Notes: generated by a model from the letters alone, not told the origin. Counted from the first letter of the stretch, positions 1 through 10,200 are shown. The stretch: DNA of 37,845 bases from Helicobacteraceae bacterium (GCA_031276985.1 JAISMA010000192.1:1-37845); one strand, 5' to 3'. Translations and numbers: made by a program.

Positions 1-85
1 TCGTTAATTTTTTCAAAAAATGCAATTCCGACCCCTATTTTTCGTTTTGCCAAAAAGGTAAATTGCGAAAAATAAAGGAGGAACT

Positions 86-271
86 ATGGCGAACGAACCG
101 ATTGCGCCGTCTGCCGAAGAGCAAAAGCCCGATTTAGATCAGGTTTTATCTGAAAAAGCGGCGCGTCTGAAAGTTTTAGAGGGCGAGTTTGGAGCGTTAG
201 GGCAACAGATCGACTTTGGCGGCTATCTCGAAGCGTTTGAATACGTTTGCGATCCGATGAACGAGCGCTAA
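86..271 (+). CDS. small hypothetical protein (61 aa)
   Basis: ORF with AAAGGAGG Shine-Dalgarno 5 nt upstream of the ATG. No family recognised. Confidence 0.4.
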   Translation: MANEPIAPSAEEQKPDLDQVLSEKAARLKVLEGEFGALGQQIDFGGYLEAFEYVCDPMNER

Positions 272-499
272 ATGCAGAAGCGAAGAGATAACAATTGTCG
301 ACGGCGAAGAGCTAATGCTGATGAGCCTTACTATGCCAATAGCGCCTCTTATTTGCAAAGGCGCTAAACGAACTTTATTGCGATCGGTTTGCGCCGTTTG
401 GCAAAGCGCGACAAGGGTTTGCGATCGCGCCACGTTAGGCGTTTATTGCCGCGTTAAAGCGCGATCTCCTCGTTTAGCGGCGCTTGAAAAGAGCGCGAT

Positions 500-874
500 T
501 TACGCGATTGCGGCAATCGCCTCTAGCTCCACCATAGCGTTTCTTGGCAGTTGTTTGACCGCCACGGTACTTCTGGCGGGCTTGTGCGAGCCGAAAAACT
601 CCTCGTATAGCGAATTAACCAGCGTGAAATCGTTCATATCGACTAAAAAAAGCGTCGTTTTCAAAACCTTGTCCACGCCGCTTCCCGAAGCCTCTAAAAC
701 GGCTTTTAGATTGGCTAAAACCTGCTTTGTCTGATCGACTATGCCGCTACCGACAAACGAGCCGTCCGCCTTGAGCGCGATCTGTCCGCTTGCGAACACA
801 AGTTTGCCATGCGTTATCGCCTGCGAATATGGACCGATTGCCGCGGGCGCGTTAGGCGTTGATATGATTTTCAT
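500..874 (-). CDS. ridA: RidA/YjgF family reactive intermediate (enamine/imine) deaminase
   Basis: 124 aa. N-terminus APAAIGPYSQA and C-terminus PARSTVAVKQLPRNAMVELEAIA are typical of the YjgF/RidA family. Confidence 0.85.
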   Translation of the reverse strand: MKIISTPNAPAAIGPYSQAITHGKLVFASGQIALKADGSFVGSGIVDQTKQVLANLKAVLEASGSGVDKVLKTTLFLVDMNDFTLVNSLYEEFFGSHKPARSTVAVKQLPRNAMVELEAIAAIA

Positions 875-883
875 TGTCGCTCC

Positions 884-1408
884 TTAAAAAAGATCAAGAT
901 CGAAAGATAAACCCAAATAGATATGCTGAACGTCTTTTATCTTTACGTCTTCGGGCAGCGACCCAAAGCGTTTTAGATAGCGATACGCAAGCTCCATTTG
1001 CATATTTGGAAAGCGCTCGTCAAGCAGAATAAGACCAATCGACAAGCCGCCAACCGTTACCTTTTCCGCTTTTGGCGCTAATTCGTGCCGATATTCCAAC
1101 TGCCCCACGTCAAACCCCAAAAGCCCGTGAATGAACTCGTCGTCCGATTCAATCATATGTACGCCAAGCGTGGCGAGCGTGGCTTTTTTGTCCTTGTCGA
1201 AGTCGTCGAGCGCGCCTACTATGCGGACGCTTTCAAAAGCGTAACCCGCCGTCAATCCCGCGCCCCAAGGTCTTTTATCGTCCTTGTCCGTTCCGACGCC
1301 TTTATACGAGCCTTTTTGATCGGCTATGCCGTATCTTGCCCCAAATAAAATCCCCGCGTCCATAGCCGAAAACGTTACGCACGCGATCAACAACGCTCTA
1401 AACATCAT
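884..1408 (-). CDS. outer-membrane beta-barrel protein (small porin-like OMP)
   Basis: N-terminal signal peptide, alternating amphipathic strands, and a C-terminal ...GLSFDLDLF ending in Phe as in OMP beta-signals. Confidence 0.55.
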   Translation of the reverse strand: MMFRALLIACVTFSAMDAGILFGARYGIADQKGSYKGVGTDKDDKRPWGAGLTAGYAFESVRIVGALDDFDKDKKATLATLGVHMIESDDEFIHGLLGFDVGQLEYRHELAPKAEKVTVGGLSIGLILLDERFPNMQMELAYRYLKRFGSLPEDVKIKDVQHIYLGLSFDLDLF

Positions 1409-1465
1409 TGCATTCTCCTTTGAAAGCCAAAAAATAGCGAAAAACGCCTGAGAAACGCGGCGAAA

Positions 1466-2896
1466 CTATCCAATCCTGCCCTTTAGAAGTTCGTTTGTTT
1501 TTATCGGATTGGCTTTGCCGCCGCTTTGTTTCATCACCTGTCCCACAAAAAAGCCAAACAGCTTCGTTTCGCCGTTTTTGTATCGTTCCAAATTTGCCGC
1601 GTTCGCGCTTAAAACCGCGTCAATCGCGCTAATAATCGTCTCGTCGTCGCTAACCTGCGCTAACCCTAGCTTCTCGATTGCCGCGTCGATTTCGCCGCCG
1701 TTTTCAAACAGATAATCCAGCGCCTCTTTGCCCGCTTTTGCGCTGATAGTTCCGTCTTCTATTCTCTCGATTAGCCCGCCGAGCGTTTCAGGATTTATCG
1801 GGCTTTGGCAGATCGTCTTTTGCGCTTTGTTCAGTCTGCCGAGCAGCTCCGTCGTAAGCCAAGCGGCGGCGGTTTTCGGCGAGATTTTGCGGCGCATTAA
1901 CGCCTCGAAATAAGCGACAAGTTCCAGATCGCTTGTAATTACGCCCGCGTCGTACGCGCTTAACGCCCAATCTTTAATATACCTCGCGCGTTTTTCGTCG
2001 GGCAGTTCGGGCAGTTTTTTGGCGTTTTCTAGCATAGCTTCGTCAAGCTCTACGGGCGTTAGATCGGGATCGGGAAAATAGCGGTAATCCGCCGATTCTT
2101 CTTTGCCGCGCATAGGTCGCGTCTCGTTTCGCGCGCTGTCGTAAAGCCGCGTCTCCTGCCGCGCCTCTTTTTCGTACGCGCCCTCTTGCCAAGATTCAAT
2201 CTGCCTTGCGACCTCGTAATCGATCGCTTTTTGAATGAACTTAAAGCTGTTTAGGTTTTTGATCTCCACGCGGGGATACAGCTTCAAATCGCCCTTTGGT
2301 CTGATTGACACGTTGGCGTCGCACCTAAACGAGCCTTCCTGCATATTCGCGTCGCTAATATCCAGATAACGCGCGATCGAATGCAGTTTTTTTAGGAATC
2401 TGACCGCTTCGTCCGCGCTTCTCATATCGGGTTCGCTCACAATTTCTAATAGCGGCGTGCCGGCGCGGTTTAGATCGACGCGGGAGATCGCGCCGTCGTG
2501 AATGTTTTTGCCCGCGTCTTCCTCCAGATGAGCGCGGGTGATCCCAATGCGTTTTTGCGTTCCGTCGTCGAAATCAATCATCAAACTTCCGGTCTCCACA
2601 ATCGGATGATGCAACTGACTAATCTGATAACCTTTTGGCAAATCGGGATAGAAATAGTTTTTGCGATCAAAAACGCTTATTTTATGTACGATCGCGCCGA
2701 TCGCGTATCCAAAGCGAGCCGCTTTCGCAAACGCTTCGCGGTTTGGCGCGGGCAACGCGCCGGGCAGCGCCAAGCAGACGGGACACGTATGCGAATTCGG
2801 CGGATCGCCAAAACTCGTCGCGCAAGAGCAAAACATTTTCGTTTTGGTATTAAGCTGGACGTGAACTTCAAGTCCTATTACGGTTTCAAATTCCAT
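1466..2896 (-). CDS. gatB: Asp-tRNA(Asn)/Glu-tRNA(Gln) amidotransferase subunit B
   Basis: [25 protein letters not shown]... is the canonical GatB N-terminus. Start moved to the internal ATG at 2896, which has GAGGAAG upstream; the track ORF extends to 2929. Confidence 0.93.
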   Translation of the reverse strand: MEFETVIGLEVHVQLNTKTKMFCSCATSFGDPPNSHTCPVCLALPGALPAPNREAFAKAARFGYAIGAIVHKISVFDRKNYFYPDLPKGYQISQLHHPIVETGSLMIDFDDGTQKRIGITRAHLEEDAGKNIHDGAISRVDLNRAGTPLLEIVSEPDMRSADEAVRFLKKLHSIARYLDISDANMQEGSFRCDANVSIRPKGDLKLYPRVEIKNLNSFKFIQKAIDYEVARQIESWQEGAYEKEARQETRLYDSARNETRPMRGKEESADYRYFPDPDLTPVELDEAMLENAKKLPELPDEKRARYIKDWALSAYDAGVITSDLELVAYFEALMRRKISPKTAAAWLTTELLGRLNKAQKTICQSPINPETLGGLIERIEDGTISAKAGKEALDYLFENGGEIDAAIEKLGLAQVSDDETIISAIDAVLSANAANLERYKNGETKLFGFFVGQVMKQSGGKANPIKTNELLKGRIG

Positions 2897-3446
2897 TGTG
2901 CTTCCTCGTAAAATATCTGATAGACGCAAACGCGAAAACGCCCGTTTTTTCTAGCGCCGACACTTCGCGATCGCTTGTTATTCCGCCTAGCGCGATCGTT
3001 TTTTTTCGTATTGTAGGATCAAGATCGTTAAGAAACTCCGCGCCTTTTGGCGCGCCCTTGTTCAAAGCCGCGAATATCGGCGAAAGCGCGGCGTACGACG
3101 CGCCGTTTTTGAGCGCGTTTCGCGCTTCGATCGCGCTATGACAACTTGCAATCGTAATTAGCCGCGATCGCGCCGCTAGTTTAATCTCGCTCTTGCGATC
3201 GGCGCTTAGATGAACGCCGCTTGCGTTGAGTTTTTTGGCTAAACGGCGACGATTGTGCAAAATTAGTTTTGCTTTGAAGCGTTTAGCTAGAAATAAAAAA
3301 CGTTTGGCGATGAGCGCGTAGTTTCGCGCTTTTTTATCGCGCAGGCATAAAAAATCGGGGCGAAAACGGCGGTAAGCCCTAGCGATCGCGTTGGACGAAT
3401 GAAAGCGCGGATAGTATTTTGGATCGGTAATAAGATATTTTTTCAT
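2886..3446 (-). CDS. thiamine-phosphate synthase family protein (ThiE/TenI-like)
   Basis: From MKKYLITDP...; contains [22 protein letters not shown] and ALGGI motifs in ThiE-like order. The upstream part of the 254-aa track ORF is Arg-rich and overlaps the neighbouring gene, so it is treated as a spurious extension. Confidence 0.6.
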   Translation of the reverse strand: MKKYLITDPKYYPRFHSSNAIARAYRRFRPDFLCLRDKKARNYALIAKRFLFLAKRFKAKLILHNRRRLAKKLNASGVHLSADRKSEIKLAARSRLITIASCHSAIEARNALKNGASYAALSPIFAALNKGAPKGAEFLNDLDPTIRKKTIALGGITSDREVSALEKTGVFAFASIRYFTRKHNGI

Positions 3447-3466
3447 TCGTCGCGTCGATTTCGCCG

Positions 3467-3739
3467 CTACTCGTCGCTTTTGTTTAGTCGTTTCGCAATG
3501 TTTTCTAACAGCGAGTTTTGCTTTTTTATCTCGTCGCAAATCTCGAACAGCTTTTTCGCGCTCTCCAAAATCACGATCGCGACAAAGCCCGGCACCAATC
3601 CCAGCACGGCGGCGCAAAGCGCGCTGACAAAACCTAACGGATAGACGCATATAAAGGCGAAATACGCTCCGCTAAACGCGCCGACCCAAGCCGCGCCGCC
3701 CACAAATCCCAACAACCATTCAAACGCGGCGATCTTCAA
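3467..3739 (-). CDS. small membrane protein (2-3 predicted TM helices plus a charged C-terminal helix)
   Basis: Hydrophobic N-terminal 60 aa and tight packing between atpB and the thiE-like gene. Confidence 0.45.
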   Translation of the reverse strand: MKIAAFEWLLGFVGGAAWVGAFSGAYFAFICVYPLGFVSALCAAVLGLVPGFVAIVILESAKKLFEICDEIKKQNSLLENIAKRLNKSDE

Positions 3740-3744
3740 GCGCT

Positions 3745-4458
3745 CTAATGACCCTCTTCTTCAATCATAACCGCGCCGCCGATATAGACGTAAGTTAAGA
3801 TCATAAAGATAAAAGTCTGCAAAAGCCCGAAGAAAAAGAGCATAAAAAACGCGGGTAACGGCGCGACTATCGGCGCGAGCATAAGCATTACCAGCAAGAA
3901 CATATCGTCGCCCTTGACGTTGCCAAAAAGTCGGAACGAGAGCGAAATTATGCGCGAAAGGTGCGAGATGATCTCGACGGGAAACATAAGCGGCGAAAGC
4001 GCTTTGACGGGACCGGCGAAATGTCCGAAATAACGCGCAAAACCGTTTGATCTAATGCCCTCGAAGTTGTAGTAAACAAACACGGACAACGCCAAAACCA
4101 TCGTGATGTTGATGTTTGAAGTCGGCGATTCAAAGCCAGGAATAATGCCGATCATATTTGACGTAAAGATAAAAAGCCCCAGCGTACAGATAAGCGGCAC
4201 GTATTTACGGGCGCGCTCCTCGCCCATTATGTCCGCGCCGAGTTTGTGCGTCCCCTCCACGAACCATTCCAGCGCGTTTTGCAAACCGCTTGGCACGCTT
4301 TTAAGTTTGCGCGTCGCGGCGAAAGCCAAAACCGCTATAACCAGCGCGACCAACACGCTGTGCGAAAGCATTTGATAGACAAAAAAGTACTTGTCGCCAT
4401 GCTCAAATCCGAAAATATGACCCAGCTGACCCAAGAAAGTAAAAACTCTCTCTTCCAT
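3745..4458 (-). CDS. atpB: F0F1 ATP synthase subunit a
   Basis: Polytopic membrane protein with the [15 protein letters not shown] motif containing the conserved Arg of subunit a. Confidence 0.9.
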   Translation of the reverse strand: MEERVFTFLGQLGHIFGFEHGDKYFFVYQMLSHSVLVALVIAVLAFAATRKLKSVPSGLQNALEWFVEGTHKLGADIMGEERARKYVPLICTLGLFIFTSNMIGIIPGFESPTSNINITMVLALSVFVYYNFEGIRSNGFARYFGHFAGPVKALSPLMFPVEIISHLSRIISLSFRLFGNVKGDDMFLLVMLMLAPIVAPLPAFFMLFFFGLLQTFIFMILTYVYIGGAVMIEEEGH

Positions 4459-4512
4459 TACCGCGCTCCCTTGAAAAGCAAAAAAGTTTTGATGAGCATA
4501 TCCTAGCCTTGC

Positions 4513-6516
4513 TTATAAACCGATCTCTTTTATGTCCGCAACTTGCAAAAACCGTCGATACACGCCCGATAGCAGAGCCAAGCGATTGGCGCGGACAGCG
4601 GCTTCGTTCGCGTTTACCATCACGGCGCTAAAAAAGCGATCCAGAGGTTTTTCAAGCGCGAAAAGCTCGCTCAAAAGTTGCGCGTAATCGCTTGCGTCGA
4701 TTTTCTCGATCGCCGCGAAAAGCTCTCGCTCCTCGTCGGTTTCAAATAGCGCAGGATCGGCTTTCGTCGCGGTTATATCTTGATCTTTTAATATGTTAGC
4801 CACCCGTTTGAATAGCGCGAAGTTGCTTTTGAAGTTTTCGCTTTTTGCGATCGCCTCCAGTGCGCGAACTTTTTTGGCGATCTCCAGAATGTCCTTTTCG
4901 CCCGCCGCGATAACGGCTTTGATTATGGATTGCGCGCCGTCCAAAACCGAATAGAGCCTATCTTTGAAAAAACTCTCCAGCGCGGCGTAATCAAACGGCT
5001 TGTAAAGATCGCCAAGCGTCTCGATCAACGCGCCGATTGGCAAAGACCATCCGCGATCAAGCGCAATGCGCGCTACGGAAGCCGCCGCTCTTCTTAAACC
5101 CAGCGGATCTTTGCTACCCGTCGGAATTAGCCCTATGGAAAACAGCGCCATTAAGCTATCGATTTTCGTCGCGACGGCAAGCAACGCGCCGCTTTGCGAT
5201 TTTGGCGGCGGCGAATCTTCGCCAAGCGGCAGATACTGCTCGTAGATCGCTTGCGCTACCGCTTCGTTTTCGCCTAGTTTCAGAGCGTAGCGCATGCCCA
5301 TAACGCCCTGAAGCTCCGTAAATTCATAAACCATTTGCGTAGCCAGATCGCGTTTAGACAGCGCGGCGGCGCGATCGGCAAACTCGTCTTTAACGCCGAA
5401 AAACGCTTGCAAACGCTTTACGATCGTCTGCTCTCGCTTCTGCTTGTCGTAGATTGAGCCTAGATTTTGCGCGTAACTAACGCGCTTAAGCGGCTCGTCT
5501 TGCAAACCGTTTTTCAGATCGCCATGCCAAAAAAAGAGCGCGTCGCTAAGGCGCGGACGCAAAACCTTCTCGTTGCCCGCGATCACCGCCGAAAAATCGT
5601 CCGTGAAAGCGTTGGAGACGACGACAAACTCGTTTGACAATTCGCCGTCTTTGAACGCGGCGAAGTAACGCTGATTTGTTTTCATCGAAGTAATGATAAC
5701 TTCGCTTGGAAGCTCCAGAAAACGGCGATCGAACTTGCCGATTAACGCGGTCGGATATTCGGAGATCGCCGTTACTTCGTCCAGCAGATCTTCGTCGATC
5801 TCGATGCGAACGCCGTTTGCCTCCTCTATTTGCTTGAATTGCGCCAGTATGATCTCGCGCCGTTTTTTCGCGCTCAATACCACGCCGCGCTCAAGCAAAA
5901 ACGACTCGTAGTTTTCCGCGCTTTTTACCTTTTGCGGCTCAAAGCTATGCGATCGGTGCGCGAAGGTAAAGTCGCCCGATTTAACGCCGAAAACCTCGCA
6001 GTCGATTTTCTCCTCGCCATGCAACGCAAGCAGCCAGCGCATAGGACGGATAAACTCGTACGGATAGCTTCCCCATCTCATAGTTTTGCCAAAGTCAAGG
6101 CTTTGCAAAAACGAGGTCAGCAGATCGCCCAAAACTTCCTTTAACGCTTTGCCCTCGATACGTTTTTCATAGCATAAAACTTCGCGCCCTTTTTGAGCTG
6201 CGCGTCCTAGCGCCTCAAACGCGACGCCGCATTTTTTCGCAAAGCCCAAAGCGGCTTCGGTCGGTTTGCCGCCCGCGATCGCGCTCGCCGCGTTCGGACC
6301 GTACAAAATTTCGGCGCGACTTGCCTGCGCGGAAGGAAACGCGGCGTGAAAAAAAGTCAGGCGGCGCGGCGTGAAATCAAACGAAAAGGACGAGTCAAAG
6401 CCAAACGCGACAAGCGCGCTTTGATATTTGTTGCTAATTTCGCCTAGCGATCGTATTAACGGCGCGGCGGGGACTTCTTCCAGCCCGATTTCAATCAAAA
6501 GCGGTTTCAACGACAA
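4513..6516 (-). CDS. glyS: glycine--tRNA ligase beta subunit
   Basis: 667 aa. N-terminus LLIEIGLEEVPA and internal RYFA, VLRPRLSDA and DPLGLRR motifs are typical of GlyS. Confidence 0.93.
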   Translation of the reverse strand: MSLKPLLIEIGLEEVPAAPLIRSLGEISNKYQSALVAFGFDSSFSFDFTPRRLTFFHAAFPSAQASRAEILYGPNAASAIAGGKPTEAALGFAKKCGVAFEALGRAAQKGREVLCYEKRIEGKALKEVLGDLLTSFLQSLDFGKTMRWGSYPYEFIRPMRWLLALHGEEKIDCEVFGVKSGDFTFAHRSHSFEPQKVKSAENYESFLLERGVVLSAKKRREIILAQFKQIEEANGVRIEIDEDLLDEVTAISEYPTALIGKFDRRFLELPSEVIITSMKTNQRYFAAFKDGELSNEFVVVSNAFTDDFSAVIAGNEKVLRPRLSDALFFWHGDLKNGLQDEPLKRVSYAQNLGSIYDKQKREQTIVKRLQAFFGVKDEFADRAAALSKRDLATQMVYEFTELQGVMGMRYALKLGENEAVAQAIYEQYLPLGEDSPPPKSQSGALLAVATKIDSLMALFSIGLIPTGSKDPLGLRRAAASVARIALDRGWSLPIGALIETLGDLYKPFDYAALESFFKDRLYSVLDGAQSIIKAVIAAGEKDILEIAKKVRALEAIAKSENFKSNFALFKRVANILKDQDITATKADPALFETDEERELFAAIEKIDASDYAQLLSELFALEKPLDRFFSAVMVNANEAAVRANRLALLSGVYRRFLQVADIKEIGL

Positions 6517-6634
6517 GCCTTATGAGAATTGTTGCGCGGATTGTAGGCAAAAGCCGCTTTGGATACAATGCGACACCTTAAACGACGAGCGTAATTTGAA
6601 GCCTGAAGAGATTCGAGCGATTGTAACGGCTTTT

Positions 6635-7438
6635 ATGGATCGCTTTTTTGGCGACGAGTTGAATATGGCTCAAACAGAGCTGGATTTCATCGACGCAAAC
6701 GGCTTTGAAAAACCCAAATTGGACTATCTTAAACTACGCCGTTTTCTCGTTACCGCCTATAACAGCCTTAAAACGATTGATCCGCATATTTTAGAAGACG
6801 GTTTGCTTTCTAAAATTCATCAGGATACGGATCGTATTTATGCGTATTTGATCGAATTTGGCAAAAAAAATAGACTTAGCAAATTGGCTTACGTCCGCGA
6901 TTTTTTGCCTAGCGTGCCGCAATATCACGCGCTACAAAACGAAGTTACCATAACCGAAGCGGCAAAGAAACGTTATCAGGCGAGCGCGGCGAGTTTAGAG
7001 CGCGAGATCGCCGAAACTCCCGCGCCCAAAACACCCGAAGAGATTGCGCGTCAAAAGTCGCTCAACTCAAGATATGTCGACGCGATCGACGGTTTTGCCA
7101 AAGCCAAAGAAAAACTTGTCGTTATCGCCGCGCAGTTGAAAGAATTGGAAGACGCGGCGAACGCCGAATTTTTTAAGCAATTTCGAGAATACGCCGACAA
7201 TATCGATTCCGCGTTACGCGAAATTATTCAAACAAAAAGCTATTATTTCGACAAATTGCTATGGGATTTAGCCGCCGATTCGCAGCTTATCGCCAAATTT
7301 TTCAGGCAGGCGCGAATAGAGGGCGGATATTGCACAAAAACTTTTATTAGCTACTATCTTCGCAATATCGACGTTAATAAAACGGGAACTTCGGATTGGC
7401 ACATATATCTTCACGAAGCGCTAAAGGTTTTTGAATGA
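6635..7438 (+). CDS. hypothetical protein with a coiled-coil region
   Basis: Long ORF. The 5' part of the track ORF overlaps glyS, so the first ATG outside it (6635) is used; an in-frame TTG at 6596 is an alternative. The stop overlaps the next gene's start (ATGA). Confidence 0.5.
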   Translation: MDRFFGDELNMAQTELDFIDANGFEKPKLDYLKLRRFLVTAYNSLKTIDPHILEDGLLSKIHQDTDRIYAYLIEFGKKNRLSKLAYVRDFLPSVPQYHALQNEVTITEAAKKRYQASAASLEREIAETPAPKTPEEIARQKSLNSRYVDAIDGFAKAKEKLVVIAAQLKELEDAANAEFFKQFREYADNIDSALREIIQTKSYYFDKLLWDLAADSQLIAKFFRQARIEGGYCTKTFISYYLRNIDVNKTGTSDWHIYLHEALKVFE

Positions 7439-8031
7439 GCGTATTTTACCACACAAAATATTCAAATTCCGAAATAAACAGACTGCTAGAGATTGGCTCG
7501 CGCCATGTAATTAAACCCATAAACAAAGCGGAAATAGATTCGATTGCGTCAAACGGAAAAATCGCTAACGATTTTGCGTCAAATTTTGATACGGCTATGC
7601 AAAAACTAATTGAAAACCGCTCAAAAATATACTTATTTGAAAATCTAGATCAAAGCGATATTGCGTTAATTGTAAAAAACGCGCGGCTTTTAACCTACGG
7701 CGCTCATGAAACGTTGTTTGGCGGCGGCGATCGCGGCAAAGAGATATTTTTTATTCTTTCGGGCGGCGCGGATATATTTGTCACCTTAAATGGCGGGCGA
7801 AACGAAAAGATCGCGCAAATTGGCGGCGGAACTTTGGTTGGCGAAACGGCGTTTATCAATCACAAACCGCGCGAAAGTACTTGCGTGTCCACAAGCGCCG
7901 ATACAAGCGCGATTAGTTTTGAGATTAACGAAGAGGCTATGGGCGAAGCCGCCGCGCCTTTTTTAAGATTGTATATAAATATAACGAACGCTTTAGCTAA
8001 AAAAATCGACGCCGCGATCCTGTCCGCATAA
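7435..8031 (+). CDS. cyclic nucleotide-binding (CAP effector domain) protein
   Basis: FFILSGG...IAQIGGGTLVGETAFINHKPRESTCVS matches the cNMP-binding phosphate-binding cassette (GE.A....PR.AT). No DNA-binding or other effector domain is evident. Confidence 0.75.
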   Translation: MSVFYHTKYSNSEINRLLEIGSRHVIKPINKAEIDSIASNGKIANDFASNFDTAMQKLIENRSKIYLFENLDQSDIALIVKNARLLTYGAHETLFGGGDRGKEIFFILSGGADIFVTLNGGRNEKIAQIGGGTLVGETAFINHKPRESTCVSTSADTSAISFEINEEAMGEAAAPFLRLYINITNALAKKIDAAILSA

Positions 8032-8084
8032 GGATACTTTCGTCAATATACGGCGTTTAATTTGCGTTTTGTTAGGAGAACGAT

Positions 8085-8480
8085 ATGCTTAGATTTGTAA
8101 AAATCGACGTAGCTTTTTGCGAGGGCGTTTCGCCCAAAAACGAGTTTTTAGGCTCGACGTTACGCGGCGCTTTTGGCGCGGCGCTAAAACGAACGGTTTG
8201 CGTAAATCCAAAATATCAATGCGAAGACGCAAACGGCGCGTCGGCTTGTAAGTGCGCGGCGGATTGTGTCTACGACGAATTTTTCATCCGCAAAAACATA
8301 TATCACGCCTATCGATTCAGCAAGCCAATCGGCCGCAAAAGCGGACTATTATTCGTCGCGTGAATGGCGGCAAAGAGCAAACGCTTACGCAACGCGAAAC
8401 GTTTCGGGAATGGATATTTGCCTTCCTTCGCGCCTTGCGCCGTTATCACAGCTGGCGCTTCGTCGCGGGTATGACAACGC
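8085..8480 (+). pseudogene. possible Cas6-like (DUF2276/COG5551-type RAMP) gene remnant, interrupted and truncated
   Basis: The first 92 codons read FLGSTLRGAFGAALKRTVC-x6-C-x8-C-x-C-x3-C-x-Y-x2-FF, which resembles the N-terminal Cys-rich region of that Cas6 family. The frame stops at 8363, and weakly similar sequence (FGNGYLPSF) continues after the in-frame TGA. Only about 160 codons fit before the convergent gene. AGGAG RBS at 8071-8075. Confidence 0.35.
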
Positions 8481-8563
8481 TGGCGTAATAAACGCCGCTA
8501 CGACAAACGCGGGAATGACGACGGGCGCGCGAAAAGGCAACGCGGGCGCGGCGAAGAAGCGCG

Positions 8564-10165
8564 TTATTGTTTAGGCGATTTCTCCTGCCAATATAGCGTC
8601 GGATACTTATAATCGCCAAACGCGCCCCAAACCCAAGGATTGGCGTCATTACCGCCAAAGCGCCAGCCAAGCCCGCCGTCGCTTTCGGATTTCAAATAAG
8701 TCGCGTTTAGCTCGAAATTAGCTTGCGTAGTACTATCGCCTTCTACGCCGTTAGCGCCCAAAGCGCTTACGTTCATTGAATCAAGCGCGAAATTGTTAAA
8801 TATACGCTCGGCGGGAGCTAAAGCGTCTTTATGTCCGATTATGCGATTTGCGTCGCCCGTCGCCGTAATTTTTGCGTTGATAGCGGCGTTGTTTGAAATT
8901 TTAATCCAATGTCCCGAAGCGCCGCCGACAATACCGCCAACTTTATAATCGCCGCCGATATTGCCTTCGGAATAACTATTTGCTATCAAAAGAAACCCGT
9001 TTCCAAAATCTCCTACGGCAAAGCCCGCGATTCCGCCCGTGAAATTACCTTCGCCGATAACGTTGCCTATCGAATAGCTATTATTGATTTCGCTGTTATC
9101 GTCGCCATGGTTATAAGCGTATCCCGCTATGCCGCCAACATGATTAACGCCCTTTATTCTCGCCGCGGAATATACGTTTTTCACTCTGCCTTCCAGAAAA
9201 TATCCGACGATTCCGCCCGTATTATTGCCGCCAATAATTTCGCCTTTGGAATAGCTGTCGTTTATATCGCCGTTTTCAACTCGTCCCGCGATCCCGCCCG
9301 CATAGTCGCCGCCTTTTACGTTGCCTTCAAATCCGCTAAGGCTTATTTTGCCGTCGTTAACTCCCGCGATTCCGCCTGTATGATCGCTACCGCTTACGTC
9401 GCCTTTGAATATAGCGCCGCTAATTACGCCGTTGTTGTTTCCCGCGATTCCGCCCGTATTAGAAACGCCGCTTATAGCGCCCTCGAAGCTAACGTTTTCT
9501 ATTAAGCCGTCGTTGATCGCGGCGATCGCTCCGCTATAGTAGCTAGAGCCGTTTATTTCTTTGCCAATCGCCGTTTTTACCGCGAGGTTTTTTACCGCGC
9601 CGTAGTTTCCAATCGTTTTGAATAATCCCACATGCGAATCGCCCTCGCCGTCAATCCATAACTCCGTTATAGCGTATCCGTTTCCGCTTAACGTTCCCAT
9701 AAACTTTTTTGCCGAGTCGTCGCATAACGAATCCCATTTGCTTTTCAGCGCAATATCGTTTAGCACAATATATTTATTTAGCGATCCGCAACTAGCGTTA
9801 ACATCTTTTAGATCGCTTTCGGTTCTTATTTCTGTTACGTTAGCGTCGGCGTAGAAATTTGTATCGCCTTGTAGCCAATATTCGCTCGTCTTTGAAATGG
9901 GCGTAACTTCGCCGCCTTTGTACCAGTTGTCCACTCCGTATTTCGCGGAATAAACGCTAAGGTTTATCGCCGATCGATCGCGGACAATATCTTTTTCCAG
10001 CAAAGAAAGATTGGTATCGTAAAAGGCGATTTCCGCGTTTGAACCGCTTGAATCCCCGCCGCCGCCGTAGCAACCGAATAAGCCAAGCGCGACAAACGCC
10101 GAAGCGAAAAGTTTAAGCCAGCCAAAACGCTTTAGCGCGTAAAAGCGCAATCGGGTCGCGGACAT
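8564..10165 (-). CDS. surface lipoprotein with GLUG-motif repeats
   Basis: Signal peptide with lipobox LFGC and a Gly/Ser linker. At least 8 tandem ~20-aa repeats are built around TGGIAG/VGGIAG (GLUG motif, as in IgA-protease-like adhesins). Confidence 0.75.
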   Translation of the reverse strand: MSATRLRFYALKRFGWLKLFASAFVALGLFGCYGGGGDSSGSNAEIAFYDTNLSLLEKDIVRDRSAINLSVYSAKYGVDNWYKGGEVTPISKTSEYWLQGDTNFYADANVTEIRTESDLKDVNASCGSLNKYIVLNDIALKSKWDSLCDDSAKKFMGTLSGNGYAITELWIDGEGDSHVGLFKTIGNYGAVKNLAVKTAIGKEINGSSYYSGAIAAINDGLIENVSFEGAISGVSNTGGIAGNNNGVISGAIFKGDVSGSDHTGGIAGVNDGKISLSGFEGNVKGGDYAGGIAGRVENGDINDSYSKGEIIGGNNTGGIVGYFLEGRVKNVYSAARIKGVNHVGGIAGYAYNHGDDNSEINNSYSIGNVIGEGNFTGGIAGFAVGDFGNGFLLIANSYSEGNIGGDYKVGGIVGGASGHWIKISNNAAINAKITATGDANRIIGHKDALAPAERIFNNFALDSMNVSALGANGVEGDSTTQANFELNATYLKSESDGGLGWRFGGNDANPWVWGAFGDYKYPTLYWQEKSPKQ

Positions 10166-10194
10166 AACGTCTCCTTTGAGCGTGGTTTGCGTTG

Positions 10195-10200
10195 ATTATA
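10195..10200 (-). promoter_or_regulatory. putative -10 box (TATAAT) for the GLUG lipoprotein gene
   Basis: Minus strand reads TTGCGCTATAAT-N17-AAAGGAG-N5-ATG. Confidence 0.3.

Noticed and set aside
341-365. Hairpin AGCGCCT-N11-AGGCGCT between the convergent small ORF and ridA, as a bidirectional terminator
   Set aside because: The stem is only 7 bp and no U-tract follows on either strand, so the support is too weak to annotate.
2886-3650. N-terminal extensions of track ORFs: 2886..3650, 13281..13796, 13814..14281, 24436..24921, 24957..26087, 29413..30174, 30422..31774, 31624..32568, 1466..2929
   Set aside because: In each case the extension is Arg/Ser-rich or overlaps the upstream gene. An internal ATG with an RBS begins at a recognisable family N-terminus or signal peptide, so starts were moved downstream.
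8909-9505. Long antisense or alternative-frame ORFs such as 315..734, 8909..9505, 13305..13979, 22317..22988, 32755..33396, 25343..25678 and 27780..28244
   Set aside because: They lie entirely within, and opposite or out of frame to, genes with clear family signatures. Their low-complexity composition marks them as shadow ORFs typical of GC-biased coding DNA.
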